In this document: piece by piece, positions 26,547 through 33,024 of the stretch
How the letters are laid out: every line of letters begins with the position of its first letter
Position numbering within the stretch: position 1 is the first letter of the stretch
From: a virus
Lineage: Duplodnaviria > Caudoviricetes
DNA length: 33,024 nucleotides
Reading direction: 5' to 3' (one strand)
IMG/VR virus record: IMGVR_UViG_3300032024_000055
Location: 1 to 33,024 of that record
Position numbers and translations under genes: made by a program
The notes under the pieces: model-generated
Told to the model about the DNA's origin: nothing
Database searches by the model: none
The model's input: only the letters and a program-made list of their open reading frames with translations

Positions 26547-28186
26547 ACCGACTCATCCATGTATTCAGGTTGCGGCACTTCATCCGTAGCAGGATACCAA
26601 TTCAGTGGAAATTGTGTCAAATATCTTAGTGCTGCATGAAGATGATGCTTGCCTTCCTTAATCCTGTCCTTCATCCCCTGACTATCCTCATTGGCGTAGG
26701 TATCTCTCTCAAGGGTACGGAAGCTATTAATGAGAACCTTATTCTCAGGACGGTCTACAATGAAGAAGCGGGGTCTTTTGCCTTCCTCGAACTTGAGTCT
26801 CCGTTTAATCTCATCTACCCCTGCCTTGATAGAACCTTCAAACTTCTCTGAGGTGCGAAGGGCTGGTATAGAACCTGACCCCCTGCTCAACTCCATAAAG
26901 ATGTTCCTTCCACCAAATGCCATTATAGACGAATTGGAAGACTTATCTGCTACCGACCATCCAGTTCTGTACCCCATCCTATTCTTAATCTTGTGCCATG
27001 AAGCCTTAATTGCTTCCGTATCAGCGTCCTCATCCCAACACATATCTATATAGACATTGCCTTCCCTATCAAGTAGAGCGAATACCATAGCCGATGGAGT
27101 AACAAGGTGCGGGTCGAGTCCAGTAAGGCAAAGGTAGTCCTTCTTTTCAGCAGGATTAAGCGTCTCAAAGAAAGGAGGGATGACATGGATGCGCTTGTCA
27201 AACAGTTTGCCATATACAAGCCCTGATAATGAAACAAAGTCCCCAAGAAGTCGCATCTTACGCTCTTCGTAAGAGTCCATCCCCTCAATAGCCACTCTCA
27301 ATGATTCAAGATTAGCACGCTTATTGCTAACTGAGGTTAATTTGTAGCCTTCTACCCCTTCACCAGCTTCATCACCGTCAAATAGGTCAGCGACCCATGT
27401 GATTCCGTTGGTAGGGGTCATGCCGAACATAACATCCATCCGTTCAGCAGTCACAAACCTCATCAAGTTCTCTTTGTGTATTGCCAATCTCGGCTCTTCA
27501 TCATACACAAGTATATCTATCGGTGGGCCTTGAAAGGATGCAGTTTCCTGCTGATTGGTCATGAACTCTAAAGAAGCTATCGGGTGAGTATAACCGTTCT
27601 TATATAAAAATAATGTATTCTGTGTGGCTGAATATGAGTCTGACCACTTACTATTCTTGAGATATTCTTTAGGACACCACTTCTGATAGGTAGGTATCAG
27701 TGTGTTCAACATCGTTTTGTGGTCTACACCTACAATCCTTGCTTTCATCGTGCGCAGGAAGTCGGTTCTAAGACGCTCAGTGGGGTATATGCCAGTTAAG
27801 GCTACTGGTAGTTCACCTGTAAGTTTAATGAAGGTTTTAAGGGCGCAGATTGTAGATTTTCCACTCTGATTTCCTCCGAAGGCCGCTAACATATCAGCAT
27901 CCGAAAGCAATACATCCAACTGCCCATCTAATCTTGCGGGTATATCTTCCTCATTTATAAACTCTTTCAGGAAGTCGTATCTCTCTTTAGTGATAACCCC
28001 ATCTGATGGCTCAAAGAACCAGAAGGCATTGTCGGCTTTAAGGGCTTCCATCCCCCTCTCAATCTCAGCCTTTGCCTTTAGGAGCGCATCCTTACTTGCT
28101 TTGAGTACCTTCTTGGGTAGAGGTATCTTCTCGCCCTTGACCTTCTTCTTGACAGGACGACCCCTTTTTCTTTTTTCCTCTCCCAA
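26537..28186 (-). CDS. terL: Terminase large subunit
   Basis: Walker A GGNQSGKS, Walker B LVYDEEP, motif III MTP, nuclease GLDPH; TTG start with GGAG RBS. Confidence 0.93.
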   Translation of the reverse strand: MGEEKRKRGRPVKKKVKGEKIPLPKKVLKASKDALLKAKAEIERGMEALKADNAFWFFEPSDGVITKERYDFLKEFINEEDIPARLDGQLDVLLSDADMLAAFGGNQSGKSTICALKTFIKLTGELPVALTGIYPTERLRTDFLRTMKARIVGVDHKTMLNTLIPTYQKWCPKEYLKNSKWSDSYSATQNTLFLYKNGYTHPIASLEFMTNQQETASFQGPPIDILVYDEEPRLAIHKENLMRFVTAERMDVMFGMTPTNGITWVADLFDGDEAGEGVEGYKLTSVSNKRANLESLRVAIEGMDSYEERKMRLLGDFVSLSGLVYGKLFDKRIHVIPPFFETLNPAEKKDYLCLTGLDPHLVTPSAMVFALLDREGNVYIDMCWDEDADTEAIKASWHKIKNRMGYRTGWSVADKSSNSSIMAFGGRNIFMELSRGSGSIPALRTSEKFEGSIKAGVDEIKRRLKFEEGKRPRFFIVDRPENKVLINSFRTLERDTYANEDSQGMKDRIKEGKHHLHAALRYLTQFPLNWYPATDEVPQPEYMDESVCW

Positions 28187-28247
28187 AAATTAACTCCCAA
28201 CCCTCTGTGTATTCCTTAGTCTGCTCTCTCTGTTGGTAGTCAAACAT
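28092..28247 (-). CDS. 51-aa hypothetical protein overlapping the terL 5' end
   Basis: MFDYQQREQTKEYTEGWELIFGRGKKKKG...; start overlaps the upstream micro-ORF stop. Confidence 0.4.
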   Translation of the reverse strand: MFDYQQREQTKEYTEGWELIFGRGKKKKGSSCQEEGQGREDTSTQEGTQSK

Positions 28248-28362
28248 CTCCAAATCCTGAACAATCGTAACACACTAATATCTCATCAAATGTCTTAGGG
28301 AAATATCTTGAGTCTAATTCTTCCCCGCATATCTCACAGCAACTTGTATATTTACTGCCCAT
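28240..28362 (-). CDS. 40-aa zinc-ribbon micro-protein
   Basis: MGSKYTSCCEICGEELDSRYFPKTFDEILVCYDCSGFGDV*; G-rich leader. Confidence 0.5.
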   Translation of the reverse strand: MGSKYTSCCEICGEELDSRYFPKTFDEILVCYDCSGFGDV

Positions 28363-28537
28363 CCCCCTTAGACCCCCATGTTAAAGATATATCCAGTTAT
28401 CTTCATGCAAGTCATCGTAGAGCATATTGACCCTTTTTCTAAATATCTCTCGGAAAAGGAGTAGTAACTTTAACCATCCTATCCACCATTCCCCCCTCCT
28501 CCCCTACTCCCCATCAACATTAAACTTATCTTTATCT

Positions 28538-28553
28538 TGGCATACATCTTGCA
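28538..28553 (+). promoter_or_regulatory. sigma54 -24/-12 box
   Basis: TGGCAT-ACATC-TTGCA. Confidence 0.55.
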
Positions 28554-28787
28554 TACTGTATAACTCTATACTTATGTTTAAACTTGTCTTTAGTACCTTC
28601 TCTCGCCATGTACTTGGGCGGGTGTGTCCTTGTACCTCTCTACCTTCTATCGTTTAACCTTGATGATGATATTGACTGTGTGCCCGTGTGTCTAATCCTT
28701 ATATACCTTACTCGCCATGCTTCTATTCTGTGGCGGTCTTGTCCTTGTTACTCTATAGGATAACGGATGTTGGTTAGGAAGATAGAC

Positions 28788-28796
28788 TGTGGATAA
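28788..28796. promoter_or_regulatory. DnaA box
   Basis: TGTGGATAA (reverse complement of TTATCCACA), followed 3 nt later by degenerate TGTGGGTTA. Confidence 0.4.
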
Positions 28797-28805
28797 CTAT
28801 GTGGG

Positions 28806-29243
28806 TTACTCTATCTCTGCTAACGCCTTGTTTATCTCTTCCAGCTTGTTGGCATAGTGTTCAACTGTTGACTTAACTGAGATATTGCCAGTAGACTGCC
28901 CTCTGATTAACCTGATTTTATCCTCAAGGATACCCACTGATACTATGCGTTGTGTAAATGGTGTTTTATGGATAGATTCACGGTCAAGACTGTGTATAAC
29001 CTCCGACTGAATAAACTCATATACATCCGCCTTCTTTTCCTTGAAGTCTTTCAGGTGAAGCGGGTCGCTGTCGAATCTATCTAACGATTGTGATACTGCC
29101 TGTTTTGAACAATCGAAGTATTTACCTATCTCGGTTACAGTTAATCCTTTACTCCTTAGTTCAATCAGCTTGGCAAGGTTAATCTTGCCGCCCCTCCTGT
29201 CAATCACAGTTTGCGCTTCTCTTATCGCTGTTTCACTTCCCAT
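28806..29243 (-). CDS. terS: Probable terminase small subunit (N-terminal HTH)
   Basis: GLTVTEIGKYFDCSKQAVSQSL HTH; GILEDKIRLIRGQST oligomerisation-type helix; upstream of terL. Confidence 0.65.
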   Translation of the reverse strand: MGSETAIREAQTVIDRRGGKINLAKLIELRSKGLTVTEIGKYFDCSKQAVSQSLDRFDSDPLHLKDFKEKKADVYEFIQSEVIHSLDRESIHKTPFTQRIVSVGILEDKIRLIRGQSTGNISVKSTVEHYANKLEEINKALAEIE

Positions 29244-29408
29244 CTTCTTTACCTTATCTCTTACACTTCACTTCGTTTCGTGTAGCATACATCGGTACTT
29301 CTAATCTTTACCTATGGCGAAAGTAAACTAATGGGTGTTATTGCGTCCGTTAAATACTTAATATATGTGGGGATTATGCCTGTTATGTGAGTAAACTGGT
29401 TTTAAGGG

Positions 29409-29507
29409 GTCTATAATCGCTTAGGTTAATAGGCATGATTTATCCATATACTGCTATGTCCTTGAGGCTTATCGTTCGTTCACGGGGATTGTGTGCGTCC
29501 ATTTTAT
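29409..29507. repeat. 99-bp phased element, copy A
   Basis: Aligns without gaps to 31012-31110 (offset 1603); about 60/99 matches by hand count, concentrated in four blocks. Confidence 0.75.
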
Positions 29508-29541
29508 TTTACAGTATATTGAAAATATATTGATTTAGCTA

Positions 29542-29570
29542 TTGACAATAGATTAGATTAGATATATAAT
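29542..29570 (+). promoter_or_regulatory. Consensus sigma70 promoter
   Basis: TTGACA-17-TATAAT with AT-rich upstream region. Confidence 0.9.
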
Positions 29571-29616
29571 CTATATAACAGATAAGCACTAACCCACTAA
29601 CAAGGAGACTAAAACC

Positions 29617-29841
29617 ATGAATATGCAATATGGATTAGCAGATTTAGCGGCCCCTTTCATACAATACAAAGGGACACTCGGAGATTGTTACAGGGAATCG
29701 AAGGGTTTAGGACTATGCGGCATTTATCGCAAGGATAAAGATGGAGCTTGGGTTACTGTTGCCAAGAGATATTTTGACAAGTTCACACATGCAAGTATGA
29801 TATTACCCCGCACTGAAAATGACTGGTGCAAAACCATATAG
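29617..29841 (+). CDS. Early hypothetical protein
   Basis: CACTAACAAGGAG leader. Confidence 0.75.
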   Translation: MNMQYGLADLAAPFIQYKGTLGDCYRESKGLGLCGIYRKDKDGAWVTVAKRYFDKFTHASMILPRTENDWCKTI

Positions 29842-29870
29842 GTAGTTAACCACTAACAAGGAGCGAGGCA

Positions 29871-30113
29871 ATGAAGCTAATCAAAGGTAACGAACTACCA
29901 CACAATCTTAAAAAAGAAGTGCTGCGCAAATACACATACAGGCTAACTACGGAGAATGGCTATCCTGAGTATAACCCGTGTAACGGCAGTGTTCCAGCTA
30001 TTACGGATGAACAATGGCTTAGTGAACACGCCTTTTATATTACTAACAACGGCAAGCTCTCCTGTCATCATCTCCGCTGTGAACCAGCATACCTTGCCGA
30101 TAAGGATGCCTAA
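29871..30113 (+). CDS. Early hypothetical protein
   Basis: CACTAACAAGGAG leader. Confidence 0.8.
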   Translation: MKLIKGNELPHNLKKEVLRKYTYRLTTENGYPEYNPCNGSVPAITDEQWLSEHAFYITNNGKLSCHHLRCEPAYLADKDA

Positions 30114-30114
30114 C

Positions 30115-30228
30115 ATGCTCAGAGTAATAACTCCAACAGGATATGACTATATACTCACATCAATGCTCAACTACTACATCCGCCAGGGGTGTCAGGAATC
30201 CACGCATAGGCGGGAAAACAGGCCATAG
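30115..30228 (+). CDS. 37-aa hypothetical protein
   Basis: AAGGA RBS; MLRVITPTGYDYILTSMLNYYIRQG... Confidence 0.45.
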   Translation: MLRVITPTGYDYILTSMLNYYIRQGCQESTHRRENRP

Positions 30229-30261
30229 GGCGGTAAATAGCGATAAAAGGCAAGAATTCCC

Positions 30262-30290
30262 TTGACATTGCGGTAGTATGTATTTACAAG
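30262..30290 (+). promoter_or_regulatory. Possible weak sigma70 promoter
   Basis: TTGACA-17-TACAAG (imperfect -10). Confidence 0.35.
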
Positions 30291-30346
30291 GTACGGGAAC
30301 AACCCTATCACAATAAACACACAACCTATAACGGAGGAGCGAGGCC

Positions 30347-30538
30347 ATGAAGCTAATCATAGGTATGGGACACAAAATAGAACAATGCGCATGGTTTTGG
30401 GATAAGGATACTGGGCGAGTTTTGGGGTATGTCTTTAATCCTTATCTCAAAGATGCACAATACTGTTTAGATAATCATAATGCCATTATGAATACCACGA
30501 GGACATTAAAGGACACTAAGGTAACATTCGAAGCATAA
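30347..30538 (+). CDS. Early hypothetical protein
   Basis: GGAGGAG RBS; leader and first codons shared with the gene at 29871. Confidence 0.75.
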   Translation: MKLIIGMGHKIEQCAWFWDKDTGRVLGYVFNPYLKDAQYCLDNHNAIMNTTRTLKDTKVTFEA

Positions 30539-30565
30539 ACCAACAACCCCTAAACCATATTCACT

Positions 30566-30587
30566 AAGCCCCTAACGGGGCTTTTTT
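30566..30587 (+). terminator. Rho-independent terminator
   Basis: AAGCCCC-TAAC-GGGGCTT followed by TTTT; between convergent genes. Confidence 0.85.
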
Positions 30588-30924
30588 AATCCTCTCTTAG
30601 TATCTCATAAATCCATTGTTTCGTAAACCCCAACATCTCCGCAATCTCCTGAACGGTTAATTGTGCGTATATCCCCGCCGCAATAAGCCGTTTCCGTTTG
30701 TCCTCAATAGTCCTGATACTCGCAATCGTTATTGTTCGCCTAACCTGTATAGCTTCCTGAGCTTCTATCAACACCGCCTTATAATCCTTGTTGGCATATC
30801 TATCATGGTTAATATCCAGGAGCCGTTCTCTTAGGGGCTTATTGCCGTCAGCGAGCCTGTTAACGGCATGGCATGGGGTCTTACAGGCCTTGCGATCTGG
30901 ACAATCCGTACAGACATCTATCAT
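30586..30924 (-). CDS. Cys-cluster plus sigma70 region-4-like HTH regulator
   Basis: CTDCPDRKACKTPC; LTVQEIAEMLGFTKQWIYEIL; GAGG RBS. Confidence 0.75.
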   Translation of the reverse strand: MIDVCTDCPDRKACKTPCHAVNRLADGNKPLRERLLDINHDRYANKDYKAVLIEAQEAIQVRRTITIASIRTIEDKRKRLIAAGIYAQLTVQEIAEMLGFTKQWIYEILRED

Positions 30925-31011
30925 AATTACCTCTCAATTTAAAGTTTGTTTAATCCTATCACAATATATTAAATCATGGCAAGCTAAAAAAAGATAACCC
31001 GTATTTAACCC

Positions 31012-31110
31012 GTCTACAATCCCCTGTATTGCATGGTAATATTTATCCTTATGGTTATATGGGGCAAGGTCTTATCGTTCAACCTGAGCTATCCTGTGAA
31101 GCCATTTTAT
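31012..31110. repeat. 99-bp phased element, copy B
   Basis: Blocks GTCTAyAATC, ATTTATCC, CTTATCGTTC and CCATTTTAT at the same spacing as copy A. Confidence 0.75.
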
Positions 31111-31152
31111 GGCACGATACTTGCATTAGATTCTGTTGGCATGGGTATTGCA
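31110..31152 (+). promoter_or_regulatory. Tandem sigma54 -24/-12 boxes
   Basis: TGGCAC-GATAC-TTGCA (31110-31125) and TGGCAT-GGGTA-TTGCA (31137-31152). Confidence 0.7.
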
Positions 31153-31198
31153 TAGAATAATTATTTTCATAATAATGAATAATATATTGATTATATCC

Positions 31199-31226
31199 TT
31201 GACATTATCTTGATATGGTATATAAT
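31199..31226 (+). promoter_or_regulatory. sigma70 promoter
   Basis: TTGACA-16-TATAAT; preceded by AATATATTGATT, as is the promoter at 29542. Confidence 0.8.
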
Positions 31227-31270
31227 AGAAGTATAGATATTGATTAACCAACTAACAAAGGAGCAAGACC

Positions 31271-31456
31271 ATGACAAACACAATAAAGATAACAGGGTTC
31301 ATGCCTTACGATAAATTTGAAGGCGAGAATTACTTAATCGCTTCCAGCCTTGCTGACAAGTTAATCCGCATTTATACCAAGCTTGACGGGGACAAAACAG
31401 TTGAATTAATCAGGACAATGACACAAGACGAAGTTATATCCATTACAATTAACTAA
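31271..31456 (+). CDS. Early hypothetical protein
   Basis: ACTAACAAAGGAG leader. Confidence 0.75.
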   Translation: MTNTIKITGFMPYDKFEGENYLIASSLADKLIRIYTKLDGDKTVELIRTMTQDEVISITIN

Positions 31457-31465
31457 AGATAGTTC

Positions 31466-31493
31466 TTGACTTCTTCCATATAACTGAGATAAT
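31466..31493 (+). promoter_or_regulatory. Possible sigma70 promoter
   Basis: TTGACT-16-GATAAT with TGn extension. Confidence 0.5.
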
Positions 31494-31534
31494 AAAGACA
31501 AGTTAAGCAATACACTACAAACAAGGAGAGACCA

Positions 31535-31885
31535 ATGAGTACAAGAGCTAATATAATAGTTAAAGATGGTGCGAGTGAATTATGGTTTTACCGCCATTCA
31601 GACGGCTATCCAGACGGAGCCATGCCTTTGTTGGAGAAGTTCATGGACGCAGTAAAGAAGGGCATTATCCGTAACAACACACAACAGGCATCGGGCTGGT
31701 TGATACTGCTCGGCGCAGAAGAATACAAGGTACGGGCAGACTTTACCCATGAGAATTACAAAGGAGTGCGAGAGAAGGATTGGAAAGTTGGTTCAATCGA
31801 ACCGACAACGGGACGGCACGGAGATATCGAGTACCTCTACACGCTCGACCTTGAAACCAAAACCATTAAAGTTGAAGAGGTATGA
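31535..31885 (+). CDS. Phage early protein with YRHSDGYP motif
   Basis: MSTRANI...FYRHSDGYP...DIEYLY; AACAAGGAG leader. Confidence 0.8.
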   Translation: MSTRANIIVKDGASELWFYRHSDGYPDGAMPLLEKFMDAVKKGIIRNNTQQASGWLILLGAEEYKVRADFTHENYKGVREKDWKVGSIEPTTGRHGDIEYLYTLDLETKTIKVEEV

Positions 31886-32070
31886 CAATGGAAGAAACTA
31901 CAACCTTTTGTATCAAGGGATTCCCAAAGTCCCTTTATACCCGCTACAAGGCGTATTGTGCCCTAAAGGGTACTACCATCAAGGCAGGACTCGAATCGTT
32001 GATTGTAGAGGCTTTAGAAGCCCGTGAGCGCACACAGGAAAAGGAAAAAGGAGGGGTAGACAATGGATAA
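31882..32070 (+). CDS. Ribbon-helix-helix DNA-binding protein
   Basis: TTFCIKGFPKSLYTRYKAYCALKGTTIK...LIVEAL strand-helix-Gly-helix pattern. Confidence 0.7.
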   Translation: MTMEETTTFCIKGFPKSLYTRYKAYCALKGTTIKAGLESLIVEALEARERTQEKEKGGVDNG

Positions 32071-32398
32071 CTGGGCGAAAGAGCCGTGGAGGGTAGGGTC
32101 TACATACTCAGACCATATACACGCAGGGGAAGAACTGATTGCGATTGCTCTCAAGGGGGTAGAACCTCACGAAGAAGAAGAAAAAGCCAACGCCCTCCGA
32201 ATCGTTACCTGTGTAAACGCCTGTGAAGGCATCTCCAGCTCTGCCCTTGAGAGCGGGGTGTTGAAGGAGGTGGCACAGGCGTGCAAATATGCGTTGTCAG
32301 ACCTAAAATGGATAGAAACACAGGACATCAAGAGCAACTTTCAGTCAAGCATTACACTACTACAAGCCGTCCTCGACAAGCTGGAAGGGGGTAAGTGA
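32063..32398 (+). CDS. Hypothetical phage protein
   Basis: EPW...ANALRIVTCVNACEGI; GGAGG RBS. Confidence 0.8.
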   Translation: MDNWAKEPWRVGSTYSDHIHAGEELIAIALKGVEPHEEEEKANALRIVTCVNACEGISSSALESGVLKEVAQACKYALSDLKWIETQDIKSNFQSSITLLQAVLDKLEGGK

Positions 32399-32643
32399 TG
32401 CCTAAATGGGACGCAACAGACAACCACATGACCGAGCCAGAGGGGAACGGCTCCCGAGACCACTATCAATTTGACGAAACCAGAGCAGATGATGAACGGG
32501 CGCAGAAACCCCTTACGGTAACAGAGCAGTATATTCTTGACCTCAAGAGGGAGAATGAACGCCTTAACAAGCTCCTTAAAGAAATATGGCAGGGGCTGGA
32601 TAAAATGGAAGATACTATTCACGAATATCAACAGATAAAGTGA
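32398..32643 (+). CDS. Hypothetical coiled-coil protein
   Basis: TGATG coupling to the upstream gene. Confidence 0.7.
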   Translation: MPKWDATDNHMTEPEGNGSRDHYQFDETRADDERAQKPLTVTEQYILDLKRENERLNKLLKEIWQGLDKMEDTIHEYQQIK

Positions 32644-32651
32644 GGTTTACG

Positions 32652-32813
32652 ATGATTAGAATCTGTAACTGGTATCACGAACCCAAGATACTTGGAGAGA
32701 AAGCCCCATTCGAGGACAAGAACGAAACCCACGGGCTTTGCGAGGAGTGTTACGACAGGTTTGTAACCGAGCATATGGTACGCACAACTTTAAGAGAGGT
32801 TAACAATGCCTAA
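32652..32813 (+). CDS. 53-aa Cys/His protein
   Basis: GAGG RBS; MIRICNW...THGLCEEC. Confidence 0.65.
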   Translation: MIRICNWYHEPKILGEKAPFEDKNETHGLCEECYDRFVTEHMVRTTLREVNNA

Positions 32814-32925
32814 AATAATATGCCCTGAATGTGGAGAACCGTATTTTAGATGGGCAACAGAGAAATTCTGCTGTGATGTGTGTAGATGTCTGATAGACCC
32901 TAAAGAGCAGGAGGTGGAGGGATGA
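32806..32925 (+). CDS. 39-aa zinc-ribbon micro-protein
   Basis: GAGG RBS; CPECG...CDVC; ATGA overlap downstream. Confidence 0.6.
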   Translation: MPKIICPECGEPYFRWATEKFCCDVCRCLIDPKEQEVEG

Positions 32926-33024
32926 GCAAGGGCACTATGACCGAAATTAAATCGCGTTGGGATGGCAGGATACTCTTTTCAGGCGAGTTCGCCTCATTAA
33001 AAGCGGCACTGCAAGAAGCTGTTA
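32922..33024 (+). CDS. Partial gene; N-terminus resembles phage pentapeptide-repeat proteins
   Basis: EIKSRWDGRILF...SLKAALQEAV; truncated by the window edge, so the repeats themselves are not visible. Confidence 0.45.
   Translation, partial: MSKGTMTEIKSRWDGRILFSGEFASLKAALQEAV

Larger units (their letters stand above)
1..33024. mobile_element. Tailed phage (podovirus-like) genome segment
   Basis: Terminase, portal, scaffold, capsid, adaptor, nozzle, ejection proteins and lysis cassette in canonical order. No tape-measure gene, host housekeeping gene or integrase seen in the window. Confidence 0.96.

Noticed and set aside
25928-26608. Group I intron or intein in terL
   Set aside because: No room for a ribozyme core, the base before the orphan tail is A rather than the terminal G, and terL has its own stop before the out-of-frame HNH.
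3790-28657. Plus-strand ORFs antisense to late genes (e.g. 4970-5599, 7600-8013, 10065-10556, 26053-26589)
   Set aside because: Shadow frames of well-supported minus-strand genes, with no recognisable motifs.
30869-30885. Fourth sigma54 box (TGGCATGGGGTCTTACA)
   Set aside because: Spacing is off by one, the -12 GC is missing, and it lies inside a CDS.
29590-31535. CRISPR array or integron from the repeated CACTAACAAGGAG motif
   Set aside because: Spacing is irregular and gene-sized, the repeats are RBS leaders, and no cas, integrase or attC-like structure is visible.
1-33024. tRNA or rRNA genes
   Set aside because: No cloverleaf or T-loop context recognised in the intergenic regions by eye; tRNAscan/Infernal were not run.

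Overview
This is a segment of a tailed dsDNA phage with a short-tailed (podovirus-like) gene set. A ~25-kb minus-strand late operon reads terS, terL, HNH, portal, scaffold, major capsid, three glycosyltransferases, adaptor, beta-helix tailspike, nozzle, fibre, GNAT, three ejection proteins, phosphoesterase, lysis cassette (endolysin, holin, i-/o-spanin), FN3 protein and further adhesin-like proteins. It converges near 3.73 kb with a plus-strand run of middle genes (resolvase-like, HNH, YopX). Plus-strand early cassettes with consensus sigma70 promoters start at ~29.5 kb. The spanins imply a diderm host, and the FN3 style and sigma54 boxes hint at Desulfobacterota/Nitrospirota (inference). Most notable: (1) a GT4-GT2-GT4 trio between the capsid and adaptor genes, a candidate virion-glycosylation system; (2) an HNH cassette flanked by two diverged copies of the last 23 codons of terL; (3) three consensus sigma54 boxes; (4) a duplicated, gap-free 99-bp element with conserved blocks every ~30 bp; (5) repeated leader modules in front of tiny early genes. 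All calls come from reading motifs by eye; no database searches were run.
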